Shown in pieces: positions 1 through 12,645 of a stretch of 64,000 nucleotides of DNA (position 1 is its first letter; each line of letters opens with the position of its first letter). The translations under genes were made by a program, and so were the position numbers. A model generated the notes under the pieces. It had not been told where the DNA came from and searched no databases. It saw only the letters and a program-made list of their open reading frames with translations. This stretch comes from Raja brachyura (taxonomy: Eukaryota), in the NCBI GenBank assembly GCA_963514005.1, contig OY740785.1, forward strand, positions 73,160,001-73,224,000, read 5' to 3'.

Positions 1-11
1 TTCTTGGTTAG

Positions 12-3000
12 GTTTCAGTACAAAGAGTAATACCAGGAATTGAGAATGACTACAATGAAGATTGGATGGCAGCAGTTCCATCTGTAAGTTGCTTACTGTT
101 TTTATTTCTCCCCTCTGTTGAGCACAAACTGCTTGCGTTAACTTTATTTTCCACTCTTAAGGCTCAAGAAGCTGAAAATGCTATTTGGCAAGTTGTATTT
201 CATCTTCCTGAAGGAATGGAGACAATGACTGTCAATGAAACATTGAGTAATCATTACAGAATCGAAACAACAGTTTCACGCCTATTGTTAAGAGCTCCCT
301 ACAATGCAACTGAAGTTGAACTGTTACTGGTGAGTGCAAACTTGCTTTACAAAAAGTAATTTGACAAAACTATTTCTGCAATAACTGTCTACAATACATT
401 GCTAGGTAGAAAATGTGCCCGTTTCAAGCATTCGATCAACCACTTTCTACAAACAAGAATGGATGATCCTCTTGATTGACACAACAGTGGCCTGTCCTAC
501 AGGTGAATTTTTTTTGGTTATCAAGTTCCCCCTCTTTCCTTACCCCCACCCCCTCATGTATACAGTTAAAGTGCCACAGCCCTTAAACTTATTTTCTTCT
601 ACACTTAATCTAAACCAGCATGTGTAGATGGCCTTGTGTGTATCAATATGGTGAACTGATGCCAAGACGTGTTGCATGCAATCTTGATCAATTTGAGTTG
701 TGGTTTTGTCCACCAATATTGTATATCTGGTTGAGTGTTGGACATGTTAGTCATCACCGATAGTTGAAGTATAAAAGCTATAAGGCATTCTTGCTCTTTA
801 ACAGGTGGCACTACTTACACTGAAGATAAGATCATCTGGAGAATACCAAGAGTCATCCCAACACTTTCCCCTCATAATGAACAGTTCTATGATGACTCTA
901 TTGTTTTGGGTGTTAATGGTGTTACTCTAACCCCAGATAAAATGGCAAAGCTGAATTATCCACTGACATACAATGACACAAACATTGTTGTCACTATTCC
1001 TATTGGAGCAGAAGATGGAAATTATAAGGTTTGTACACTTATCAGTGAGAGGTTTTGCATTTGTAAAGTGCAGTTGTGACTGCTATTTAATCCACCATTA
1101 ACTTGTGTTTTAGAGCCATGTAGTTCAAGGACAGTACGGCATTGTGTACTCGATAGAACTGCTTGCCGAACACCAATGGGAGCTGACCAAATACACAATC
1201 ATCCATCCAGTGGCTACTCCCTTCATGCCTCGGCCACCAATTGTGACCAATAGTAAGTATTGTGATTAGGACTACTTGTGTGGCATAATGCAATGAATAA
1301 CTTTTTTTTTTTCCCTTGCAGATACCATTCCAGAAAAGCGCATATTCAATGTTTCTGTAGGAATCTTCCTTCCTGATGTAGAGCTTGTAGCTTTAACTGT
1401 AGGTACACAGATAATCCCAGTGGATGAGGCAGACAAGACTGGGTTCACAATCTATGAAACGCCACTGCCTAACAACACCAAAGCCTACGTAGTGGAAGTT
1501 CCATTTGAGAATGAAAATATAGAGCAAGAGGTAAAGTAACCAATCTAACTTTCAAATTGTGAATTGAATGCTTGACTGGATGGTCATCCCATACTCTTTG
1601 AGGTCCTACTATTGCAAGACTACATAACAATTGGTTTAATTCATCACTTGCTCATCAAGTAATATTGAACTAAGTAAAAGCAATGAAGCTTGGCTCATTA
1701 CTTAAATTTGAGCCATTAAACAAAATAGCAATTAATTTGAGAGTAATTTTTCACTAACACTAATTCAAATTTTGATTTGGGTTACTTGTGTATCAATAGG
1801 GTAAAACATTGCACACAATCCAACATTTTGGCAGTCTATGGTGCCACAGAGGTACCTAACTTTGTTATGAAATCTGCCCTGGCCTGACATTTTCTTACTC
1901 GTAAAGGAAAAGTTGTCATTTGATCTGACTGCTTCAGTGTTTCCATGTTGGGATTGCCGGAATTTTTCTCATTTTGCCACACGATGCTGAAAAGAATATT
2001 ACAATTCCGAGTAAGCTTCCCACTCTTGGAATTAAAATAAACTGCATCACCAAAATATCGATTTCATTCTCTGCTTTTGGGGCATTTAAAACTGTTTAAA
2101 ATGTAAATAACGTGTTTGATATGAACCTGGGATTGAATATTCATAACCTTTGCTTGGAAGGTGTATGTTAAAGGATAATCAAAAGTAAAATGTTTAGTCA
2201 TTTTTGTACAACTTTGACATGCCAAGTGGATCATTTTTGTCTTCCAGCACCTACATTCTAACATCCGCATCTACATATTTGATGTCATCTATATATTCAA
2301 AATAATTCCAGAAAATGAACCTTTTCATCAGCATGTAAAAATAGCACATGAAATACCAGATATTGGTGAGTAATCAAACACTTCCTTCCTTCGTGTGGAA
2401 GCAGAGTTCATCTAGTATAAATATTTTCTCTTTCCTCCAGTATTGCCCAATGCTACTGGATACTGTGATGATAAGAACTTGTATCTACTAGTAACTCAAG
2501 GAAATTTAGTCAACTATTGGCTTCCATTCATTGATGAACTTCTGGTAACACAACAATCTTCACAAAATTATGGATACTTGCTCGTGGATAACGCAACCCA
2601 TATTTTAATTGGTGTTCCACTTTCTGGAAGGAGTGTGATTTATGAGGTATGTCATTTTTCTTTTGTGCCTCCCCACTTTTATTTCTCAATTTTCTGAGTA
2701 ACTTGTTCTCTGACCTCCTCAGGAACTGAGTCTTCAAAGAATTGCAGCAAGACTCAACTTGACATTGAAGGACAAAAATACAATGAAGATTCAGATTCAC
2801 TTTTCTGTAGCCTGCAATTTTCTTCCTGGAGATCTTGCAGGCAAGTTTTTTTTAAATGAAATGGAGGTGTGTGTTTTTCAAATCTTGCAAGTATCTAACT
2901 ATTTAATTTCTTTGTTAGTGTGCTTTCCAAATGGAACAATGGTGATCACGGCAGTTGTGGATACACTACCTGACCTGGATCCTGGTAAAATGGTTCTGAA

Positions 3001-5387
3001 TGATGGAAAATGCCAACCAATAGAATTTAACGATCATAAAGCACTCTTTATGTTCAACATTAATAGCTGTGGCACCACCAGAACAGTTGAGTGGATGGGA
3101 GGCTCCCTTGTACTTGTCTCATTAAGACTTCTAAAATTCAATAATCCAACTTTTAACTGTGGTTATGTAATATTCTTAGATTCATGGGAATTACTTGATC
3201 TATAAGAATGAAGTTTCGTATCCAAGAGAAGGTATTCCTGTCAACTTCCCAGTGATAACTAGAGACCCTGATTATCGGTAGGTTGAATTGGACAAAATCG
3301 ATACTTAAATTTGTAGATGTGAGTAGTAACACTTTCTTTCCCCCAACCGTAGTTTAACAGTTTCCTGTCGATATGAAGTGAACAATACTCTGTCTGTTGG
3401 GGTTGTGAAGAGATACCAGAAAGATGCCCGACATCCTGGCAATTTGCAAATAGTGAGGGGTAAGTGTGGCTTGAATTAATGAAGTACTTTGAAAGTAACT
3501 CTACAATAGACACACTACCACCATGGTCGTGGGTTATTATTTTCACATATACTGAGATGCAGTGAAAAGTGCTGTCTGGTCAATTATATTGTACATTAAA
3601 ATTGAATGCTTTGTTATATTTAGCTTGCCACAAGGGAATGTATTTTGGTGTCTGTTAAAACATTTCTTTATGGTCCCTTCAATTACCTGTTCTGGAAAAG
3701 ACATCTTAACAATTTGTATACCAGTCCATTGTCAATAGGGAAAGTTGGCTTGTCAACCTGTTGTGAAAATATGTTTATTTCCTCTTCCAGGAGGCAAGAG
3801 ACCAAGGCATACTTCAGAACTCTACTCAAAGATTTACAAAAGTAAGCTAAAATATTTATTAGATGAGTTTGCTACTCCCCACACTTGCCCATTTTTAACA
3901 AAATCCTTCTGTTTCCATAGCTGCGGATTACTTAGATTTTTACATGGATGAAGAATATCCAGTGGCTATGAATTGGACACAAACCCTTTATTTTGAAGTT
4001 GAGCTTCTGAACAATAACAATCGTCAAACTGACCTGGTGTTGGATCATTGCTGGATGACTACAACTCCTGATCGTAACAGCCTACCGCAATGGCATGTTA
4101 TCAGAGCTGGGTAAGGAGTGAAAAGTGTGCATCCCTTGGTACTATCCCTGGTCCTCATCTGTCTAAACTAAATATTTGTTTTCTGAACAGTTGTGCAAGC
4201 AATGAAGAAATATTTGTCACTGCATTCCATCCTGCATCCAACACCACCCAGAACTTTCACCAGCTGAAAAGATTTGAAGTAAAAATACAGAAACTATCTC
4301 TCCCACAAGAAACGGTGTTGCCTGAAAAAGTAAGTCTGGAGACTGCAAAACATCACCCATTTGAATTTAATAGTAAACATTGTTTTGCTTCATCTGTCCA
4401 CATTGCTGTCTTTTCATGTAGAAACCACCTGTAGTTTGATTCACCAAATGGATATTGTCATTGTATTTGTAGATATATGGCCACTGCAGTGTTGTGATCT
4501 GCATTAATAATCCAGATACAAATTTTTCTTGCGATGGACAATGCGCAGTAGAAAAAGGTAATTGATGAGAACTAATGTACATATTGTTTGCATAAATTTG
4601 AATTTTCTGTGAAGATTTTAACATGTTTTTTCCAGGCCAGAGTACCTACCTGAACACTCACAAAGAATATGTATCACTTGGAGAAGTTTGGCTTTTTGCT
4701 GGAAGGTTGAAACAAGCAAAAACTGAAGGTGAGTTGACTTTTTGGAATGGCATACTGCTGAATTTCATGGGCAGTTTATAAGTAGTAGTGATTTTAAATT
4801 GGCAGTTTTGATTCTACGATCCTTGGGATGAACACTAAAACACAAACTTTAGTGCCATTCCACATATTTGCTGACGTTCATGAGAAGGGATGTTTTGCTA
4901 GACTGCCCATGTACCTCAGACATGTAAATCGGTAGCCTTCTCTAGTTATCAATGTCCTACAATATTGTTTTCTGAAGGTTCGTGCTTTCCTGCATTGAAA
5001 TTGACTTGTTACTATTGCATTTCTTTTTGGTGGAGCGAAAGCCATCTGAGCCTGATTTGGGGTGGAGAGGGAACTTTCCAAATAAATGATTTTGCAAACA
5101 GAGCACTAAAGAGTGGCTGCAATTGCACACAACCCCATAAAGCATGTCACAAGCCTGAAATGGGATGTATTGAATGTACTTTTTTTCAGATCCCTTGCTA
5201 ATATAACATTTCAGTGGGTTGGGCAGATGCATAGGAACTGGCAGGTGAAGTATGAAAGTATTCAATCTTTTCCTCTTGATTTCCAGGTGGTCTAACACGA
5301 TCGTATTGGCAATGGGTGCTAGGAAGCGGTTTGGCAATTTTCTTGATTGTTGCAATAATTCTTGTAAGAGTGCATGTGTACCATTAG
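12..5387 (+). CDS. zpax: Zona pellucida egg-envelope glycoprotein, ZPAX-like (5' end outside window; 18 coding exons visible)
   Basis: Phase-consistent exons at 12-83, 162-329, 406-502, 805-1028, 1114-1252, 1322-1530, 2248-2365, 2441-2646, 2723-2840, 2919-3085, 3180-3277, 3353-3459, 3791-3841, 3921-4110, 4191-4329, 4473-4557, 4636-4728 and 5287-5387 (TAG). Translation shows ZP module motifs (CFPNGTM, FNINSCGT, YPV...LYFEVEL, LDHCW.T, KRFEVK, IYGHCSVVIC), the ZPAX-type N-terminal extension (WQVVF, RLLLRAPYN, DTTVACP) and a C-terminal hydrophobic segment. Confidence 0.88.
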
Positions 5388-5390
5388 GCA

Positions 5391-5396
5391 AATAAA
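5391..5396 (+). terminator. Polyadenylation signal AATAAA of the ZPAX-like gene
   Basis: AATAAA begins 3 nt after the TAG stop at 5385-5387. Confidence 0.6.
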
Positions 5397-8077
5397 ATGA
5401 TATTGATTAAACTGGCTTCCCTTTAACTGACTCGTCCTCTACTTCAGATTATCTGGTAGATACGTACCATGGTAGCTCTATAATACCATATTTTATGTGG
5501 ATCTCAAATCTCCGCTTTCCACGCCCCACTTAATTCCAGATACTTTTGAACTGTCCTATGAATTATTGACGAATGGGTTGGGAAAAGTGGTTAAACTAAA
5601 CATTGTGACATTGCAGGCAACTTACTAGTTGTAGGTTTTTAAATAGCTTTGCAAGATTTCTGTAGTGAATCCCTACCTGCTTTGAGCAGATTTGATCTGC
5701 AAGACTGCACTTGACATATCAATTCATGATTTGATCACAAGATTTATCTTCAAAGCTGCAGTCCAAATTCTGCACCTCTGACCATGAAAATACTAGCTTC
5801 ATGTTCTTTACCACATCTATTTAGCAGCCAGGATCTTAATTGTGTTCATTAACCTTCAATTTAAATGGGTTGTCCAACTTTCAATTGAACAGATTATAGG
5901 ATTGGTGTTGATCTTTCAAGATTACAGCCAAATAACCCTTAATTGGTTTTCCTGGCATTGGAAATTGTGCAAGTCCCATAGAACAATTGTCATATTCTTT
6001 TAGTGTAACGGTTCATGTGGCAATATTGGAGAAGTGAAAATCTGCCTTGGTTAGATCTGCCTTCAGTATCTTTAATATTAAGCCGTGTTTCTTTTTAATG
6101 CTACCTCTAACGTTTTTTAAAATGAACTTTTACCACCACTGCTATATTTCCTCCCCTACATGACCCTAGTAAAAGTAGTGCTGGTACAACCTAGTGTGTC
6201 TTGCCATGGCCAAAATTATAATCTGTGACTGATGCAAGTGATCCAGTTTTTTTTATTAAACAAATACAAGTTTCCCCTCCTGTGGTGGGAGGAAAGAATG
6301 TTCATATTTTTGCTACCATGATAGACAAAGCAGCTTCAGGACACAGATGCATAGAGTATCTGTCTGCCATCACTTAACCTGCATATTGATTTTAAGCAAT
6401 TTGCAAAACCTTAGGATATATTTAAGTGAATGTTCTCCACAATCTTTTTTTTGTTTAAAAGCACTTTCACATAATGGTTGGAGTAGTCTGCTCATTAGGT
6501 CTTATCTATAGACTGGTGAGTGGCTAATTTTGACTCTTTTTTTTTCTTCCAAATAACTTTTTATTTTCTTCCACCCCCCCCCCCCCAAAAAAAAACGTAT
6601 TTTCCTGGGCCTCCCTATATAGTATGCCATTTGTATTGATTCAACTGCTATTTGGGTTGGGAGAAAAAGTGGTTAATCTTCATCTATACTCCCATAATCT
6701 TGTTCATGAGTTGTAGGAACAGAATTACACCATTTAGCCCATCATGTCCACTCTGCCATTCAATCATGGTTGACTTCTTTCCCCTTCAACCCCATTCTCT
6801 TGCTTTCTCCCCATAACCCAAGACACCTTGATAATCAAATACTCACCCAATTTTTAATCTTTAATTATGCTATTTGCAGTGTATTTTTGTTTCTTAAACT
6901 CCGTGCCTGTTTATAAATGCAAGATGAAAACAAGCAGCAGTTTTAAAAACATCTATTTTAATCCATCCATTTCACTCCATGAAGCTCTTCATCTTCTAAC
7001 ATTTTCCATTTATTTTACTTTGTTTCCTTATTGATTTTAATGATTTAAACATGGGTATTGTCCCAGAAGCTTCTATTTTATTGATTTGTTTTGTCATTAA
7101 TTTGATACATCAAATCTTGACTTGGTTTTATCTTTAAATACAGTCAAAAACCTTTCTGAGGTATTTTGTTGCCTGATCTTCCAACATAAATTAATTGTGA
7201 CCCTAGAGGGAAAAAAAATAATCACTGAAGCTTTGATCAAAGCTATAAGATTTGAGTCCAATTATCAACCATTCTATTCTTGCAGTTGCATACTTTATGT
7301 ACACAGTGATTAATTGTTTTTGCATTGCAGCCCACTAGCAGTATTCTTTGAAAGAATTTGATATTTGTATTGCAGGGACATCAGATTATCTTAGATTGTT
7401 TTTTTTTGTTTGGTCTAAAGTCAAATGTTTTGGGGGAAACTGGGCGATGTTAAAGGTTGGCCTAATGACAAGGATAAAATCATCCAAACCTACCACCTCT
7501 TTGTGCTGACACAGCTTCCCTTTAAAAGGGTCAGGAATTTAAAATTAGCCATTTACAAAAGACCCGTATTTGAACACTTATAATTAATGAACATGTGCAA
7601 TTAAAATCTCTTTTAGAATGCAATGTTCCAATAGTATGTTCTTTTTGCCCATTGCTCCTCTCCCAGTCTGCACTGTGACTTGCCCAATAGCAGATTGAAC
7701 GTTTGCAATGGATTAAATGCTGATGGGAGCGAGAAGTGGGTTTTTCCATTTGAGTAGCTGGGGAATCATTCCTAAGGGGCCATTTGGAGACCGAGTACCT
7801 GACATTTATTTTTGTGATGGTAAAATCGGCTTGCCACTTGGTGACAGATGAAACATTCAACTTTAAGAATGCATTCACACCCCAAACTGGGTGGCAACAA
7901 GTGTCCATCCTCTCACGAGAAGTAAAAGTGCAGTAGGTTGTCTTTCACTTCGAACTACAGTTTGGCTAACATAAATACAAAGTGGGGGGGGGGTTGGGGA
8001 AGCTAAATCATGGCAGCTCTGTTTGTGGATTGTGTCGCTTTGGTTCAAACATTTCATCCTGGACCAGCAACCTTGTT

Positions 8078-8255
8078 AGACTCAAAGCTGGAGTAACTCA
8101 GCAGGACAGACAGCATCTCTGGAGAGAAGGAATGGGTGACTCAACTTGAAACATCACCATTCCTTCTCTCCAGGGATGCTGCCTGTCCCGCTGAGTTACT
8201 CCAGCTTTTTGTGGCTTAGGTTTACACCAGCATCTGCAGTTCCTTCCATCCATCT
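8078..8255. mobile_element. Short fold-back element, same family
   Basis: Inverted arms GCTGGAGTAACTCAGC...GCTGAGTTACTCCAGC; flanked by ACCTTGTT at 8070-8077 and 8256-8263. Confidence 0.8.
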
Positions 8256-8590
8256 ACCTTGTTTATCTGCATCCAGCTGAATCGTACATTCTGCTCTAGA
8301 TTTACAGTGAGGTCTATCCTCCTGCACGAAATATGACCCTCCGCACCCCGTAGTGAACCAGCTTGAGCAAGTGAACTGCTGTCCAGGCACAACCATGTCA
8401 GCCTTTGGAAGGAGCTGAAGCCTTTCGGTTAGAGCTGACAAAGTGTTTTAATCAGACATTGGAAGCATTTAAAATGTAATTTGGGAAATTAAAAATAAGT
8501 TCAAATTAAATGAACACTTTTAAAATCTGAATTTGGAAGCATATAAAATATATTTTTGGGAAATACAAATTAAATATGGGAAAATAACAT

Positions 8591-8878
8591 TGGTTCGGCA
8601 TGAAAAACTGACTGAAACTCGAATCAAGGATTAGATTAATTACATTTTATAATCCACTGACATATCTCCAATGATGTATAATTAGCTGATTATTCCATTC
8701 TCTTTTAATTTTTTTGGTTTCTTTTCTTTCCCTATTTTCTATCTACATAAAATTTAGAAATATAGAAGTACAATTATTATACAATTGATAATACAAACAA
8801 TATTAATAATGTATGACTACAAAAAACAAAATGTTTTTTATTATGTATTTACTTCTAATAAAAAATTTAAAAAAAAAA
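8591..8878 (+). mobile_element. Retroposed AT-rich fragment with poly(A) tail (LINE 3' end, unclassified)
   Basis: 20-bp TSD TAAATATGGGAAAATAACAT at 8571-8590 and 8879-8898; ends in AATAAA plus an A-run. Confidence 0.75.
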
Positions 8879-9338
8879 TAAATATGGGAAAATAACATCC
8901 TTGATTTGATTCTGAATCATTTGAAATGTAATTTGAGAAAAGTAAATACTAAAATATGAAGAATATAACTTGCTCTTTCAAGCAGATTTTGGAAGCATTT
9001 AAAATGCATTGGGCAAATAAAACAAATATTAACATTAAATATGGGGGGAAATCTTATCTGTTTGCTCATAAGCTCTGGGAAGAAACCACTTCCATGAATG
9101 GGGCTGGGTTCCATCTACAATAGGTTGGATTAGATTCAGTGAGCAGTTGAGAGATCAATGCTCTGAAACGCCAGCTTGAGCAAGATCAGGCCAGCAATGG
9201 TTACAAAAATAAATGTCTTGTCGATCAATCTTATGCATGTTTCCAGGATTTTAAATGAATTGTGTGTTGGAGTTCCTTTTTAGTGCAACATCGCACCACA
9301 TGTAAGACATTGGGCATCTGGACAGAACTCTAACATAC

Positions 9339-12099
9339 CTGGATAATCAATTCTGGCAAACGAATGGTCTTTATGATTTCTTGTGTGAAAGCAGGTAGAG
9401 CAGTAGTCAAAATTGTCACATTGGTTGCACACAAATCTGGTGCCTATAATTGGGTCTATTCCACAACCGTCACACCTATTTTGATCATGGAAGAGAATCC
9501 AGTCACTGCAGTTTCTATAAATTCTTTAACATGTGCTTCATTATTAACGCAACACAAGTCTATGTAATGAGAGATTGCAGCTAGTCATTGTATACAAAAA
9601 CTTTTTTTGCCCCTCTAATTTTTAAAATGTGTATAACTCCCTCAGAAGCACAAACAACATGCGATCATTAAAGTAAAGAGGATTGCCACAAAAGAAAAGG
9701 TAAAGTTATCTTTTATCAAGGACATGTGGAAAGTTTTTTGTTTTTTATAAAGTGTTGCATTTCACTTTTCATAGGTCCAACAATAAATGAAATAACTAAT
9801 CATTTGAGAGCACTTACAAAATGAAGAATTCAGTAATGTGTATCCATCCATAATCGATATAATCTGTTTGTGGAATCCTGAAGTATTAAAAATTGTTAGT
9901 GAGATATTATTCCAATATAAATAAAACGGATGGTGTGCAATTTCTTACTCTGGGGTTATTAACTTCAGGATAAAGATATTAAGATGCATTAAATATGTGA
10001 AATTTGGCTTTGTTATTGAACAGGATGTTCAAAGAAAGTTTTCCAGAAACAATCTTTCATTAATTTTTTTTTTTTGTGAAATTTAGACTGAGAAAATTGC
10101 AATGATTCACAACATGGAGCCACAGAGGCTGATGGCAACCCGTTTAAAATATATCACACTCACTCACACTTACTTACTTGTGAAGCATAGATGGGGTAGA
10201 TAATCAGAAACTTTTTTCCCCCAGGGTGGAAATGGCAAAGACAACAGGACATAACTTTAAGATGAGAGGGATAAGCTATAATGGAGATATGCAGTACAAG
10301 TTTGTTTTACTCTGAGTGAAGTGGGTGCCTGGAAGGTGGTGGTGGGAATATACGATAAGCATATGGAAATCCAGGGAATGAAGGGATATGGATAACATGC
10401 AGGCAGAGAAGATTAGTTTAACCTGGCATCATGTAAAACAACAGCAGATGATGGTTTATATCCAAGATAGACACAAAGTGCTAGAGTAACTCAGCGGTCA
10501 GACCCGAAATGTCACCCATCCTTTTTCTCCAGAGATGCTGCCTGACCTGCTAAGTTACTCCAGCAATCGGTGTCCATCTAACCTGGCATCATGTTCAGCA
10601 CAGGCATTGTGGGCCGAAGGACTGGTTCCTATAATGTTCGATCGGCATTCTAAATGGAACAACAAAACTATAGAAATGTTTATTATCTCTTTGATGTTTA
10701 ATTTTATAATGAAAATATCTGATTCCTCAGTGACAGTTGATAGAAAATCTTAACTTTCCTATTGCCTGTAGTGAATGCATCAGATACAGCTATTGATAAG
10801 GCCTGTCCTTTGATTTTTAAATATTTATCTTTGCACATTTAAAATCATGGAATGTTAATTTTTTACAACATTTTAAAATTAAAGTCTTAATCATGAAACA
10901 CAATTCAATGAAGCATATTTTTGCATAAATACTTTGTAATTCTGTAATGATGGCAGTATTTGTTAATTCTCAATTTTGTTTATTTTTTGCACTATTAAAA
11001 TGTGTTTCCTAACTTTTAGATGCCTTGATCATTTGATTCTCAACATTGATTTAATCAGAGATTTGCAAGAGAATATATATATCTATATATCGCAAATCTC
11101 TCATTCAAAAGATTGAAGACTCAAACTTTGCTGCTATTATTTTTCATGTAATTTCAAAAGGCACTTCATATTTTAGAAATATTTGGTTAATTTCTTGAAG
11201 TTTTGCTGTTTCCATCAAGCCATAGAAATTGTATAATTGCTTGGGCTTAACTATTTACATATGGAATTTCGCTTTTAATGTTTTCTGAATTTATTTCTAT
11301 TTAAATTATTCCTGGAATCACCTACTTTGTTCCATACTTAAGAATTGAATCAGGATGATAGTAACTGTTAAGACAGTTAAGATAGTTAAGACTTTATCAT
11401 GATGTCCCATTAAGGATTAAAGTATCTGCTCAGCAATCTGAAATGGCTATGTTTTGGATTCTTCTGCATGTATTACCGTTTTGGTTTGCTCCGAAGGGTT
11501 TATTTCCTACATACCAGTACCCCCTCAGCTGGTCATTCGCATCTTTCAAATAGAATTAATTTATACTTAATTTGTCTCAAAGTTGGATGCAGATTTGAAC
11601 AAAGCACATAGTACTGTAGGAACTCGGTAAGCCAAGCGGCATCTGGGGAGGGAATGGCCAGATGATGTTTCGAGTTGGGACCCTTCTTCAGAGTATGAAA
11701 TGCCACTACCCATTCCCCCCTCAGACGCTGCCCAATCCTCTGAGTTCCTCCAGCACTTTTCTCTTTGCTCAACAATCCAGCATCTGCAGTTTCCTTTTGT
11801 CTCCATTTGGATGTAGATATCCATCTTTCATTACAAATGAAGCATCAATCACACAGTATTTACTTAAACCATTAATAACACAGAACTTACTTGCTTTGCT
11901 TCATCCTAGCTTGGGCATTTTCTGAGCATAATAGATGTCTTAATGCTGTTTTCTGGCCCGAGCTTATGTTCATGTTTTCAATGTCATTCCTGGTCAGGCT
12001 ATTTATGCCTTCACGTGTGAAAAGCACCTGGTGTTTTAGCTGATTAATTGTGTTATCGTTCAGGTAATGCTGTCGACACCAATCCTCCATGTTGCTCAT
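9339..12099 (-). CDS. Uncharacterised spliced gene (or recent pseudogene): SAM-like domain exon plus ZZ-type zinc finger exon; 3' end unresolved
   Basis: Exon 11891-12103 (acceptor ctctcgtag, ATG 12099, donor gtaagt) encodes MSNMEDWCRQHYLNDNTINQLKHQVLFTREGINSLTRNDIENMNISSGQKTALRHLL, a SAM-like pattern. Exon 9339-9475 (tag|G...G|gtatgt) encodes CDGCGIDPIIGTRFVCNQCDNFDYCSTCFHTRNHKDHSFARIDYP, a ZZ finger. The phases are compatible. Possible micro-exon at 11515-11542 and possible downstream exon starting at 8434. Confidence 0.7.
10435..10578. mobile_element. Short fold-back element, same family, inserted in an old CR1-like tail
   Basis: 16-bp TSD TAACCTGGCATCATGT at 10419-10434 and 10579-10594; core GACCCGAAATGTCACC. 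Confidence 0.8.
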
Positions 12100-12204
12100 C
12101 AGCCTACGAGAGTTAGCACAGGAAGCTAAAGTACTGCAAGTTTATGCTGAAATAAACTCTTTTCCAGATATATGCAAAGTAAATAAATGTTTACTTTCTT
12201 TCAC

Positions 12205-12645
12205 AGGGCTGGTATTCACTGGAATTTAGAAGGATGAGGGTATCTTATAGAAACATAAAATTGAGGGATTGGACACGCTAGGAGCCAGAAACATGTTCTT
12301 GCATCTAGCGTGTCCAAACCCTCAATAATTTTTTGCGGGGATTCCAGAACCTGGGAGCACAGTTTAAGAATAAGGGGTAGGCCATTTAGAACTCAGACGA
12401 TGAAAATTTTTTTCACCCAGTGTGTTGTGAATTTGTGGAATGCTCTGTCTCAGAAGGCAGTGGAGACCAATTCACTGGATGCATTCAAAAGAGTTGGATA
12501 TAGCTTTTTGGTCTAGCGGAATCAAGGGAGATGGTAGGAGCGGGGTACTGATTGTGGATGATCCGGCATGATCACATTGAATGGCGGTGCTGGCACGAAG
12601 GGGCGAATGACCTTCTCCTACACCTATTTTCTATGTACCTATGTA
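12205..12645 (+). mobile_element. CR1 LINE 3' fragment
   Basis: FFTQCVVNLWNALSQKAVETNSLDAFKR; TTCTATGT-like tail. Confidence 0.85.

Noticed and set aside
7531-7908. 125-aa minus-strand ORF as an exon of the SAM-ZZ gene (for example a DOC-like domain)
   Set aside because: No convincing motif and an in-frame TGA shortly upstream; cannot be supported by eye.
8360-9184. Shared 14-mer CCAGCTTGAGCAAG near 8360 and 9171
   Set aside because: Too short and without extended homology; may be chance.
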